Shown here in pieces: positions 49,741 to 63,100 of a stretch of DNA of 64,000 nt. A program made the position numbers and the translations under genes. Within the stretch, counting starts at the first letter, position 1. Every line of letters begins with the position of its first letter. A model generated the notes under the pieces. It did no database searches, was not told the DNA's origin, and worked only from the letters and a program-made list of their open reading frames with translations. Source of the stretch: Saccostrea cucullata (lineage: Eukaryota); contig NW_026922705.1 of assembly GCF_032062105.1 (NCBI RefSeq), positions 62,001-126,000 on the forward strand, in the 5' to 3' direction.

Positions 49741-50296
49741 AATAGTTCTTGTTTTCTCAAGAGCAGTATAACCAGTCAAATAAATATGAAGCCATTTCCA
49801 TACTTTCTATACAAGTATTCTTCAACTTCGTATCATCTCTACTGGTAAGTTGTGGCCAAATAGGAAAACAAGTTTTAAATTGGAATTCAGAGTAAAGAAA
49901 CTATAAAATACTTCTTTGAAAGAATAAAGGGTACCATCAGGTCAAATAGTCATACATTCTTATTTAATAAATGATTCATTTTTTTTTCAAAATAAAGTCT
50001 TTATTGCTATGGTGGCAAAATTTTCTTCAAGAAATAAAAATGCAATGATACGTGAAGAAGAAGTAATCAAGCTAAAAAAGTCCAAAAACATTTAAACAGT
50101 ACAAATTGGGAGCACAGCAAACCAAGACCTCTAATAACATTCAAAGTCGGGTTAAGTGCCATGTAAGAGTGAGCATCATATGTCGACCAGTCACATCAGC
50201 CATGTTCTTCTTGTCATGATCATCAAGCAAACAGAAAAATCTGTACAAAATTTAATGTGTAAATAATGACGTAACTATCTTCTGGTAAACAGCAGT

Positions 50297-51461
50297 TTAA
50301 ATTTGAACTGTCCAAACGGGACAAAATACCCTCCGCTGGGTTTTTAAAAGGTGCTAAATCATGAATATTTTATGGATCGAAGAGAAGAGAGAAATGCTTA
50401 AACATTTTTTATTGCAAATGTTATTGCTCAATATATTTTTTATGAATGAAACGAAGGCTCAGCCTAATAAAAAAAAAATAGACTAAATATACGGACCAAA
50501 CATGAATTATGAACTTTTTTCTGTCATTGACCTTGAACTTGCATAAATGACCTTGAATCAAAGTCATGACACAACCTCAGGTCATAAGCAATGTTTGTGC
50601 GAAGTAGTAGATTCAAGTTTCTCCATAATTAAGATATGTACCAAACATGACTTATACAATTTTTCTTTCAGTGACCTTGAACTTGCACAGATGACCTTGG
50701 TTCAAGATCATGACACTCCCTTACCTCATGAGGAATCTTTGTGTTAAATAGGAACTTACCAAGTTTATCCATAAAAAAGATATGAACCAGACACAAATTA
50801 TTAAATTTCTCTTCCAGTGACCTTGAACTTCCCTAATGACCTTGGGTCAAGGTCATGACACACCCTTAGGTTATAAGCAATCTTTGTGTGAAATTAGAAC
50901 CTACCAAGTTGATCCATAAGAAAGACATTGACTGGAAACAAATTATGATTTTTTTCTTTCAGTGACCTTGAACTTGCAGAGATGACCTTGGGTCAAGATC
51001 ATGAGACTCCCTTACCTCATGAGGAATCTTTGTGTGAAATAGGAACTTACCAAGTTATCCATAAAAAAGATATGGACCAGACACAAATTATTATATTTTT
51101 CTTCCAGTGACCTTGAACTTCCCCAAATGACCTTGGGTCTAGGTCATGACACACCCTTCGGTTATAAGCAATCTTTGTGTGAAATTAGAACCTACCAAGT
51201 TTATCCATAAGAAAGACATTGACTGGAAACAAATTATGATTTTTTTCTACCAGTGACCTTGAACTTCCTCAAATGACCTTGGGTCAAGGTCATGACACAC
51301 CCTTAGGTCATGGGCAATCTTTGTTTGGAGTAGTAGATTCTATGTTCCTCCGTAAGAAAGATACGGACCTGACCTGTTTGCACAGACAGACGGATAGCTA
51401 GACGGACAAGGTGATTCCTATATACCCTCCCAAACTTCATTTGCAGGGGGGGGGGGTATAA
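50297..51461 (-). mobile_element. Non-autonomous Helentron (family D) with ~6 copies of a ~146-bp satellite unit
   Basis: Units agtgaccttgaactt...atgaccttgggtcaaggtcatgacac at ~146-bp spacing, (ACAG/ACGG)n, terminal tataccctcc...ggggggtataa. Confidence 0.85.
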
Positions 51462-51951
51462 TAATAAAAGGTTATGTATACACCACCACACTCTCGCAAC
51501 AGTTGGGATGCTGTGAGATCAAAAAACTTCGCTGATAATTATTTAATATCCTTGTTAGTATCCTAATTAAAGTTATTAAGTATTGGCCAGTCGAATACAT
51601 GCATGCCGTTCATGTTTTTCTGAAAGGTTTTGACAAGGACCCAATTAATTCAGTTTATTATCCGTTTGAAGAAGTTTACCTGTCATTGGATTCATTTATA
51701 TATGAAATGAATTCAGAATATCCTTGATCTTATTTGATCATTTTTAACCATTCATTAATAAATAAATATATATATAATAGACTGGTTTTCTTATCGTCCG
51801 ACTTTGTTATGGTCCGAGTTTGTTATACGAGTAATCCGATGTTGTAGTCCAACTTTTCTGTCAATGTGCCAGGTTTATAAATGATTTGATAAATTCAAGT
51901 ATACAAAACTAAATGAATTATAACATTATTTTCCAGTCAGTTAAGTTTCCC

Positions 51952-52152
51952 ATGTGGCGCAGTGATTAGAGCGTCTGCTCTACAGTTGCAAAGTAAGGAG
52001 TCAATCCTTACTTCGCGGGTTCAAATCCCACTGTGGGACGTAAAGACCGGTCTTTAGGATGAGACCGTATAAACCGAGGCCCCGTGTCGCAGTAGGTGCT
52101 GGCACGAAAAAGACCCCTCACTGCTCCAAGACCCTGAGTGCCGAGCATAGGA
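51952..52152 (+). mobile_element. tRNA-derived SINE with V-like central domain (3' truncated)
   Basis: Box A gtggcgcagtgattag, box B gggttcaaatccc, then ggatgagaccgtataaaccgaggccccgtgtc. Confidence 0.8.
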
Positions 52153-53559
52153 CATAACGATTACTATATACCCTCCCACTTTTCAAGCGAGGGTTATAAC
52201 AAAATTTATAATTCTAACTATGGCCTAACTTTTCAGTGTCAAATAATTATTAAAACTTGCATTGTTTAATTTGTGGTCTATTTTTAAAACAGGAAGTCTT
52301 ATTTACCTCCTATTATAAATAAGAGTGTCTTATTGTATCACGGTATGGGAAAACATGGAAACTTGTAGATGATGTGGACCTAAATTTTCTATTTTTTAAT
52401 TTACGATATATTTCTACATGAAAATAAACAATTGCACAAAGTAAAGATTTTTAAAAGATGAACTTTATTATAACTTTCACTTTATACATTTCAAGGTCTA
52501 AATATAGTGGCACTCCATCGAAATGTGTAAAATTATGGTATGTTCAGAAAACATACAAACCATCCATCAAAAAAAGAATATAGGCTACACATGTATGTAA
52601 CCAAATTTTTGCAATATACTGCGATACAATGAAACCTGCATTATAATGAAAGGAGTACATGGTATATATGTTTAACTTTAAAATTCAAATTATCTATTTT
52701 TGGATTGAGATAAAAAATAGTTGAATATTCATAATAAATCTAATAAATGCTGATGAATGTGTTTTATGTTTATTGCAAACAATAAAAATATTCCATAGGT
52801 AAAAAAAAATTGTACTTTTTTCATTTCATCACTTAAATAATGAAGTCTAAACGAATTATTTTAAAACGTTAAGAGTTTACCAATCGGAATGTTTATATTC
52901 TTTAGTTATATATATTCTTTTTTAGTCTATATTCTTTTTTAGTCTATGATTCTTTCATTATAATTTATACCATTGGAAAATCGACACATCCTTTCAATAA
53001 TCGTAAACCATTATCATGGAGATAATTCGAACTGATTTAATCACGTTTCCAAGTTCAGGGCAAAAGTTGTTCATATATATAGGCCTAATAAAAAAAACAA
53101 AGCACATTTAAAACATAATGTATTTAATTTAATACAACGTATGAATTGCAGACAAACAACGTTTAACCAGCATTTTCTTCGGAACTCCTTCATAAGTCAT
53201 CAGAAGCCGATTTCGGCATCGAACAAAGCAACGCTAAAATGAATCTTTTATACCATGAAGAATACGATGTACTCATAAAATCACGATAAATTTCATACTC
53301 TACATCCTTTAAAATCGCAACACTCTTACCCACCGTTCGTAATACAAAGTCTACGACCTCAAAAAGATGAAAATTGTTTTCAAAACAATCCAGGCTATCA
53401 AGGCGATCAACTTCCGAGAAACGCTCGTTATGCGCATGCGTGCGTGTTCTGCAGAAAACATAGTTCCGATATTAATATATTTAAATAGAATATAAACAAA
53501 ACTAAATTATATCAGAATCAACGTTCTACTGTCTCAAAACCTAATGTTATTCATGCGGA

Positions 53560-54375
53560 CAATCTTAATTAAACCAATTAAAGTAAACAAAAGGAACTAT
53601 CATAAACTTCAGCGAATAATTCAGCAGTATTCAGACAGGGATTCTAAAGTCATTGTACATAATTTATATCCTAATGATGATGTCCAGGAGAAGAACATTG
53701 ATGATCATCCAAGCAACCTTGAAAATTCTGAAATGGGAAACACCTTGCCATATTCAGATGGAAAGCAAAATGTAGAGGAGTAGGAATGATACAAATGGAC
53801 ATTTGTCAAATCCAACCCAGGTGGAAAAGAAAACAAAACTGGGAAGAATTATAAAGACACCAACAAGGTTTAGAAAAGAAACACTTCTTAATTTACTCTC
53901 CATGGATATACATAAATGTTTCGACTGCGATATAACTTATAAATATAAAAGGGATTTACTACGACACCAAAGAGAACATCATACTTCAAAGAAGAATTAT
54001 TTTTACATGTGACATTTGTGAACAAAGTTTTTCTAGACTATTCAATTTAAAAAGACATTATAGTTTTCAACATACTTTGTATGAAGTTTTAGAAGATTTT
54101 AAAGAAGATGGCAATTTAGAACTGAGTAAAACAAAGAATTATTACATAGTGAAAAGTGACCTGTATGAAGACATTTCTTCAGCTGAAGACATTACATTCA
54201 CTTCTGATGAAAATGACAAGATTGAAAAAGAAGACTCTAATTCTCATGCAAATGATGTTTTTTAAGATCTTTTATCTACAAAAAATAAAGCATCGCCTGC
54301 GCAACCGTGCACAGAAGAGTCTAATCAAGGTGACAAAAACCAAAATAGTGGTCGAGAACTATGAACAAAATCAAT
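53560..54375 (+). pseudogene. Decayed fragment: retroelement-like ORF end followed by a two-C2H2 zinc-finger ORF
   Basis: KTKLGRIIKTPTRF resembles the TRSGR..KPP.R end of LTR-retrotransposon pol. It is followed by HKCFDCDITYKYKRDLLRHQREHH and, frameshifted, TCDICEQSFSRLFNLKRHYSFQH, then an acidic tail. Confidence 0.55.
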
Positions 54376-56190
54376 AATATTTAATACGTAAGTAGAACTA
54401 CTGAATTTTGCATCGATGCATGGCTATTCATCTCCATTTTCACACCGAACCCAACCGACAGCTATATTTTGCGGAAAGAGAAAATAAAAACTCTACAAAC
54501 ATTCTTAAAGCAAAATAAGGTATCTTGAATCTTTCCACATTTGTGAACCGATATCCTCAGTAAAATCAAGTTGAGATTTAAATTTGAAAAAAAAAGATAA
54601 ATGTGTATCCATGTTCAACATTTTAAAGCACTTTGATAAAATTATTACATTTTTCTGGTTCAAATAACATTTGTCCAATGTATGCATAATAAATAATGTC
54701 CGATCTCTATTGAATTCTGAGACACTGTCTTGAACTATTTTTAAAAACAAGTTAGTCGGTGTACCTTTTTTTCACAAAGAATAAATACTTCTTTTATACA
54801 AGCTTTTAAGACTAGTATAAGTTGTTTATTCAAAAGTTACTTTGATCATCTGTTTAAATAATTTTTTCTTCTAATCTATAGCTGTTCTCTCGAGAGAGTC
54901 CAAGAAAATTCCGAAAAGTTCTGAAAGTTTCACAGGTATACAGTATCAATTATTACGATTGGATGATTCCTTCTCCACTAAATCTTGTCTTTCTGTCCTA
55001 TCGATGTTGCTGCTGGCCTGGACGTAAAGGGGGATGTAGGGACAAATGCAGAGGTAACTCGATGGTCATTTATCACCCATTCTCCAGATTCTATCCGTTA
55101 ATCTAGTTATGACATTACAGCACGTGGCTGGCGTGAACGGTCGACACAGGGAATGTTTACACATCCATGGTACAGGATTCCACTTCTGGTTTTTTTATAG
55201 AACTGTTTAATCTGCCTCTGATTCTCTACTGTTTACTTAAATTTTAAGCTTGAATATCGTTTTTTTTGTCTCATTATCCCATTTAAAATACTTCGGATGG
55301 GGATGCGTAGAATTTTGTTTTATGATATTCTTTTGTGTATTTCTCAGAATATTTCAACAAAAAAGAGGTGCGGAAAGAACTTGAAATGGACCAAAAGCAG
55401 AAAATGCACAGAATACATCTTCAATGAAATACAGCTTTTAAAATATTTCACAGAAAGTAACAGGAAGTCCAAACTACATAATATGGAAATCAAATAAGGA
55501 TGTTTTGGAATATTGAAAATGCAGACATGTATGAAAATGTTCTAAAAAGGGTGTAAACTGTATTCTTCTCGCTGAATATTATAAATGTATATACATACAT
55601 GTGTTTTGCAAGATAACATGCATGCTATATATGGTTGTGTTGATAATTTATCGCAGAAGACAATGATAATAAACAGGTTGCCAATGCATTTCCTCTGAAA
55701 GTGTAGGTGAGTGCGTTTCTGAAGGGGCGGAGATAGATACAATGTATAATTATTCATGTTATATTACTTTGGGTTAAAAGTTTATTTCCAAAACAGGTGA
55801 CTGTGGTTACATCGTCAGTGTAAAAATATATTTCAGAAATGTGGCAGTTAAAATATTGTGTGGGGGACAAATTTTAATGCAATTGTGTCAGTGATGCTTT
55901 TTGGATAACATTTCGATTTTTTAAATCTTTAGCTGGGAGTTCAAATCTATAGAGATAAAATAAGTCATTTGTACACGGTAGAACAGAGTTACTCAGAAAA
56001 TCAACAATTTATAAAAAATACATTTTATAATTTTAAATACATTATATAATTTTTTTAACATTCACTGTAATAATTCCCTTTAATTGGAGAATTCATAAAA
56101 ATATAAGTGTATCCTTGATCTTTTGAAAATTAAATCGGATGCTTTCATTCAATACTTAGTATATGTGTTCTTGATAGTTGACATGCAAAG

Positions 56191-57440
56191 TTAGCGGGAG
56201 ATAAGTATTTTATCATCGAAATAGAACATAAACAGATTAACCGATATTTTAAGAATTATTTCTCTAAACCCAAATTTTGAGGGCCATATTAAATGTAGGT
56301 GTTTGAATTACACAATTTGTCCTCAAACCACGAATAAATTTTGCATTGATGAATACTTTCTTGTTGAATAAATTCAGAAAACCCAATATAGATTTTACAG
56401 ATACAAGCTCAAAATGATTATCAATCCTTGGCACCTGCACAATCGTACTTTATTTTTGCTTTGTTAATTTTAGGGGTTTTGCATTTTTTTTTTCATTTTA
56501 GAGCATAAACAAATTAAACGATATTTAAATGATTTTTTGACAACTTTCGAGGCCCTTATTATTAAAGGTATTTAAATACCATAATTATCTTTACGACAAG
56601 AATAAGAATAAGAATGCTTCTCCAAAAAAAACTTCCTTGTTGTGAAACTTAAAGAAAATATATGAATAAGATCAAGTAGCATATTAGGACATTTGCATAG
56701 TGTGTTTTTCTTTTGCTTTATTTACTTTTCGTAATTCAGCCTTTCCCTTGCATTAATAAGATCTGCTATAGAAATAATTTTGTTTTGGAGAAAAAAAATC
56801 AAAAGAAGATAACCTTGGTGTTTCTACCAGTTAAAATTTCAAATCAAAAGAATTCAATAAAATGTTATTAATTTTCTTTCTGAAAATAAAATTTGTCCTA
56901 TATCTGTCAACCCAGGTGGTATACACATATGACAAAATCAGTTTATCTATCCACCAATCTTATCTTACATTAATTCATTTCGTAAAGCATAACAATAAGA
57001 CTTTTTTCCCTCTTGCTCTATAAATGTAACATCCGGGTTGCTTGTAGAGGAGTAAACACAGGCCTCTAAAACATCACAGGTGGGATCAGGTACCGCGGAG
57101 GTGTGAGTATCCCTCTAAACCATAACAATGGTAGGAGATGGGATCAGGTACCATGAAGGTGTGAGTATCCCTCTAAAACAGCACAAAGATCGGAGATGGG
57201 ATCAGGTACAGTGATATCTATATTGGGCCATGACTTGTTAAAAAGGAATAATAACCATGCCCCAAAATCCATTGACCCAATATAGAAATCTACTTTCTTT
57301 TAAACTCACATAGTTTTTCGCTTTTCGCACAAATTAAGGTCACATTGTTATGATGCAAAATTGTGTAAGGTGAGGACAAAATATATTTGATACGTTATTT
57401 AAAACTTAATTTTGATCATATTCCATTACTTTAAATATAA
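56191..57440 (+). repeat. Segmental duplication block, copy B (copy A 15751-16960), including ~2.3 units of the 58-bp minisatellite
   Basis: Collinear similarity to 15751-16960. Minisatellite starts at 57082, 57140 and 57198. Confidence 0.9.
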
Positions 57441-57490
57441 TTTACATATAATAGTTGTTAGAATTTTTATGTGCTTTTTGGTTTCCTTTT

Positions 57491-57623
57491 NNNNNNNNNN
57501 NNNNNNNNNNNNNNNNNNNNNNNNNNNNNNNNNNNNNNNNNNNNNNNNNNNNNNNNNNNNNNNNNNNNNNNNNNNNNNNNNNNNNNNNNNNNNNNNNNNN
57601 NNNNNNNNNNNNNNNNNNNNNNN
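57491..57623. other. Assembly gap (N run)
   Basis: 133 consecutive N. Confidence 1.
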
Positions 57624-57964
57624 ACACTGTATATCCTAAATGTCGGATCTACCAAGTAGATACAAGGTCACGGATGGAAATTTATATAAAGCACTAAAAA
57701 TGACCAACGACACGAACAATAAAAATTGTCAAATTTTCGGGACGCCCTGTCCCTTCCTCAGGACAAAGAAAAAAGTTAAAAAGTCATAAGAACAAAGGAA
57801 AAAGAGAAACAAAAACAACTAGCACTACTACTAAACTACTAAACACTAGATATTTACATACTTAATTACATGATGAATTGGAAATTTTTAAAAACACTAA
57901 TAAAGAAAGAAATCCGGACCGCTATGAAATGCGTCCGGTCTATCGGGTATACTCGGGCGAAGTG

Positions 57965-57967
<3 letters not shown>

Positions 57968-58052
<85 letters not shown>
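57968..58052. repeat. (TA)n microsatellite
   Basis: ~42 perfect TA units. Confidence 0.98.
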
Positions 58053-58055
<3 letters not shown>

Positions 58056-58845
58056 CTTCCACTTTTAAAAGGGATTTTACATCCCTGTATCATATTAATT
58101 AGCTTAACGTTATATAAACGTACGTTCCCTTTTAACCATCTCTACTTACATCCCTCCACTATTTTGAAAAAAATCCTAGATCCGCGCCTGTATGGAAAGT
58201 AAAACTCGTCAGACATATAGTACTGTACATTCATTAAAATAATTTTGATTATTACGTCAAAACATTTATAAAGAACAACAATGAAATGTATGGAGATAAC
58301 GAACAGTCAAAAGTCCTTATCCCCCAAAATGCATTCTGTGATTTTAATATGAATGTAGAAAGTGTTTTAACCTCCACCTTCCCCACGTACTGATTTTTCA
58401 ACCTTCCTCAACGGATGTTTTAAAGAAGAGTCTATTATTATGCGTAGATGTGTAAGAGATCTTCTTTTAAGTAACTGTCTACTTTTTTTGTCCAGCCATC
58501 CTATATGAGTGAATATTATATCAAGATATCGTTTTTTGTCCAAAATGAATAACTAATAAGCATTTTTATAATTTGTTTTCACCAATTTTGTTCTGTCTTT
58601 ATTGGACAGTTATTTTCCTGACTTTAAAAAAGAACTTGTTTGTTTTGCATTCATGTACTTTTCCTTTCAGGTCGAAAGTGAAGGAAGGATGTGGTTTTAT
58701 TGTCATATATTGTTGGAAATTTGTAAATTTGTTAAAACCTCGGGGAGGAGGTCGTATCAAAATATGTTTACAAATATTCGCAACATTTGAAGCAAAGGTA
58801 CAGATTATTCCATTCTTTATACCAATTTAGGGAATGGTTTGTGGC

Positions 58846-59040
58846 AACGCACTTTGAAAAAATTACGCATTTTGAAAATGTTTTTAAAGTGCGTTAAAAT
58901 TGGGGAAAAATCAACACACTTTGAAAAAAAATTCAAAGTGCGTTAGATTTGGGACACACTCAACGCACATTGAAAAAAAAATTCACAGTGCGTTAAGAGT
59001 TACATAAATATTTTCACCATGGGGACATTTAACGCGCCTT
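58846..59040. repeat. Cluster of short direct and inverted motifs (aacgcactttgaaaaaa / ttcaaagtgcgtt)
   Basis: The motif occurs ~8 times in both orientations. Confidence 0.65.
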
Positions 59041-59579
59041 AAAAAATGTATATAAAAAAAAAAAAAAAAAAAAATTGACTTAGATTTTTGTAATTGAGAG
59101 AATCAATTTGTAATAATTGCTGGTGAAATGTGATGGCAAACGCTAAAAAAAATATTAATTCGTTTGTCAGGGGAAATTCTCTTTTCTGGATATAGTGTTT
59201 GATTTACTTTTTGTTAATTTTTTTTCCCTTTAAATCGATCTAATGTTAGGATGCCAACAATTTAGATATAATAATTGTTTTGTTTTCATTTTCTGAAGGA
59301 TTGCATAATTAATTGTATTTTGTTTAACGATCCCTTTTTAAAATTAAATCTATTTAGATCTTAAATATAACCCTAGACTTTAGGTTTTACTTTTCAAAAT
59401 TATATAATCTATAAGTAAATAGTATACGTCTGGACTATAAATTTGAAATTTTCAAGGAAGAGGCTTCTCAAAATTCCTTATGTGCTCTTTAATCCAAGAA
59501 GTGTCAGTATTCATATCTAATCAGAGGCAGATTTGATAATATCCTTTGAATCTGGACTTAAACAAACATTTTAGTTCTC

Positions 59580-59840
59580 TGAAATGGGGTTCCAGTTTCA
59601 TTCTAAAAGTATCAGATAGATGAATTAAAAAAGCACTTGCGCTCAAAATTGTGAGTTTGATGGTAGCTACTTTTGCAGTGAATTTCTTTTAATTGTAATC
59701 CACACAATGAATGACATAGAAATACAAAGCAAATATGTTTTTATATGGATAATTTACATTAAAAGACATTAATGGTAATTAAACAATCGAGCTCATGATG
59801 ACTTTAACTTTAGAATCGTCAACTTCCCATATTTGTTCGT
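59580..59840 (+). repeat. Segmental duplication block (homolog at 21189-21450)
   Basis: tgaaa.tgg.gttcc.gtttcattctaaa.gtatcaga...ttagaatcgtcaacttcccatatttgttcgtc is present in both. Confidence 0.85.
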
Positions 59841-60194
59841 CCGAAAAAATGTATTTTTTAAAAGGATTGTCTGACTTTTCAAGGAGATCAACACTTACAA
59901 TTCATCTCATTTATTTCAAGTAATCAGATTTAATGTTAATCATTCATTTGATAATATGATAAGATTATTATTAAAATGACATGAAGTCATTAAAGAAATA
60001 TGATAATAACAATAATAACAAAAGCAACTTAACAAAGAAATAATATCTTCAAATTCCACTATAGATTTGTCAATAAATGATATGACATGGTCAGTGAGGT
60101 TTTTTCATCCGACTACTCCTTTACAATCTCTTACTATAAAATAAGATATAACAAAGTCAATCTCAGCACATCATTAACACATCATGTAGCTTAT

Positions 60195-63100
60195 TCAACG
60201 GCGTTTTATCATCATGAGGGTCTCCTTTATTTGTTTATTATCAGTCACTGTAGGCCACCATGGGAGCAACCAGTCTTCCGGGGACCATGGACCGTTAAGG
60301 AAGGCGTGGTGACAGAAGTTAAACCACCAGCCTCCTCCGTACCAAGCAGCACAGTTACCAGCACGACCATCTCTATCATTCCCGTCATTATCCCTGTCTG
60401 GGGTAGAGAAATTCATTCCAGACAGGTCTCTTTTTTCTCCTTCTCTACCAGTGTCTGGCGTGTCTAGCATACTATCACCTACAGAAATCAAATATGCAAA
60501 ATATGATAGTGCCTTCTATATCAAAGCAGATCATTCATTTTTTACAATATTTAAATTTATGAAAGATAATACTATATTTAATATAAATTTATATTTTCAC
60601 CAATATCATTGCCAGTAATAAAAATGATATCAATAAATTGATATTTACAACTACGAGTAAGAAACAGCTATTTTAATGATAGGATATCATTGTATTATTC
60701 CCATTTTAGAATATTTCATTTTTTAAAAAACTTTATTATTATTATACTAGAATTACCCATTAAAATAAAAGGACATTGGATAGAGATCATATGTATAAAT
60801 ACAAAAATCGTAAATAGCTAAATTTTTCCTCTACGCAAAAAAGTGGTTTAAAAAGTATAAATTAAACTAGATACTATTTCGTTGCCAGCAACTAGAGGTC
60901 TTCCGTCAGATTCTAAGGGGAAAACACACCATGAAATCGAGCTGAAACAATGAAAAAAAAATTGGACACCAGAGGAGGGATTGAAATCGGGTTGCCAGCG
61001 TGAAAATTCTCAAGTGTGCTAATCATTACGCTGCTAAGAGCATTGCTCTGAATCATCTTGTATCTTGCATATACTTCTGCAACAATACATCTGTCTTTTA
61101 ATTCTGAAGGACGGGTCATTATTTATAATTTCGCGCCAAACGCAATAATTCCTTGCGCCTTTTCCTTGGAAGGTTCTATTTTAAAGATGTGATAGCTTCA
61201 ATGAAATTTAAAAAGAATGTCTTATATCCTAATTTCAGAGGTTTACTTAATTAACACTTTGTACACAGTCTATATCGTAACACTATAGTAGTGAAACAAC
61301 TATAAATTTTAAAACTTTGTTTAATTTTCTGTGTATCCCTAAAGTGAACTACTAGTATCCCAATTAATTACATTTATTATTATTTATTATTACATTTATT
61401 TTCATGAAAAGATTGGAATGTTTCTCCGAAAAGCATGCGTCACTCTACGACGGTCAAGCAATCAGATACCATTTATATTCAATAGTTTTTTTTATATATA
61501 TTTGTATTTTCTATTAGTTTAATATGACACAAGTGTGCATAGGAAAAACAGTGGTCACGTTTATACTTACTGTATAAATTAAATACTGTAGTATTGTTTC
61601 TTGAAAAACTATATTTTTATAACAATGATTAAAGATATGCTTTCCATGGTGCAAAACAAAACATAGTAGGTATCGTATTTCAATAGCAGATTTAGTCTTT
61701 TCTTTTTTTACTTTGAAAAAAAAGCCGAAATCAATTATAGAAGACGTTTGAGAAGACTTGGGATTAATACTTTAGTTTGACACATAATAGCAACATAATT
61801 ACGACGTGACAATCCAAGTCTGGTGACAATACTTATCAGTATCTTTCATCCATGAAAGTTTTACATTGATATCTCTTATCGTTCCTGAGATTAACCGCGG
61901 ACAAAATGTCATCTTTAATTCAGAAAATTTCCCGTAACTTGGCACCAGAAGCGAATTTCCCAATAATCTCTTGGATGAAATAACTTCAGATAACAACATA
62001 TTGTTCCTGTAAATTTCATGAAAACCCACTCTGTAGTCTTTGAGAAATCTCGTGCAGTAAATTAGATGTACAGAAAAATAATAGTAACAGTAGAATCACT
62101 ATAAGGTCTTCCGTGAAGACAGAAGACCTTAATAATCTTAGAAAGCTGGAAAGAAATGAAAATTTAATCACAGGGTTACTCACAAAATAAATCTAATACA
62201 TCTACCTAAGATTTCAATAGCTGACTCTTCCTGGAGAGAACTTGTATTTTTGGCCTATTTAGAAATCTTTCTCTGTCTCTTTATTGATAGTCACACATAT
62301 TATTTACCCAATGTCCCGGTAGCTGATCCCCCGAGACACAGTCTGTAATTGTCTGATTCGTCAGAGATAGAAAACTGATGATAGAGTTCATATAACGTGG
62401 TACCGTTTCTTAATGTAATGGAGACGCAGAGGGAGGAGTTCCCTTCCTTTGTCAGCTGATGAATCACGTCATTACCTGCATTATATTATTGTTCTAGTTA
62501 AATCAGCAAAAATAACCATGATAAAGAAGTAGTAAATTTAGCATGATAAAGTTAAAAGTAATTTCACTTAACTTCGATAAATGCAACCAAATGTTATTTC
62601 AGCAATCTTTGTGATAAGTTATAGGATAAAAAAGGTTACTTTAACTAAGAAAGCAACATACAATAAATCTATGAGTTTAATTATTAAATAAATGGTTTGT
62701 ATCAAGAAATATTTACCTATCCAGTAAGAATCTGTTACGTTCCCAAATCCTCTTTTATATTCCTCCCACGTCCTGTTAAAACCAACAGAACCGCTAATCC
62801 GTTTCTGAATTGACTATAATACAAGAGGAAAAAATATTCACAATAATGGAGTGAAAATCATTTTTTGCATCTTATTATTTATGTTCTTTTCTGAAACGTG
62901 GCGCAGTGGTAAGAGCGTCTGCTTTAGAGTCGCAAAGTAAGGAGTTAATTTTTACGTCTCTTGTTTGAATTCCATCGTGGAACGTGGATATCAGTTCATC
63001 GGATGAGACGGTAAAAACCTAGGTCCCGTGTCGCAGTATGTATTGGTACGATAAAAATTCCTCCCTGCTCAATGTCCCTGAGTGCCGAGGATTGGACAAA

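Noticed and set aside
57412-57697. ORFs containing X runs
   Set aside because: Artefacts of the N gap.
57866-58202. YIYI-repeat ORFs
   Set aside because: Translations of a (TA)n microsatellite.
60087-60467. 126-aa + strand ORF
   Set aside because: Antisense to FReD2 exon 5; no independent coding signal.
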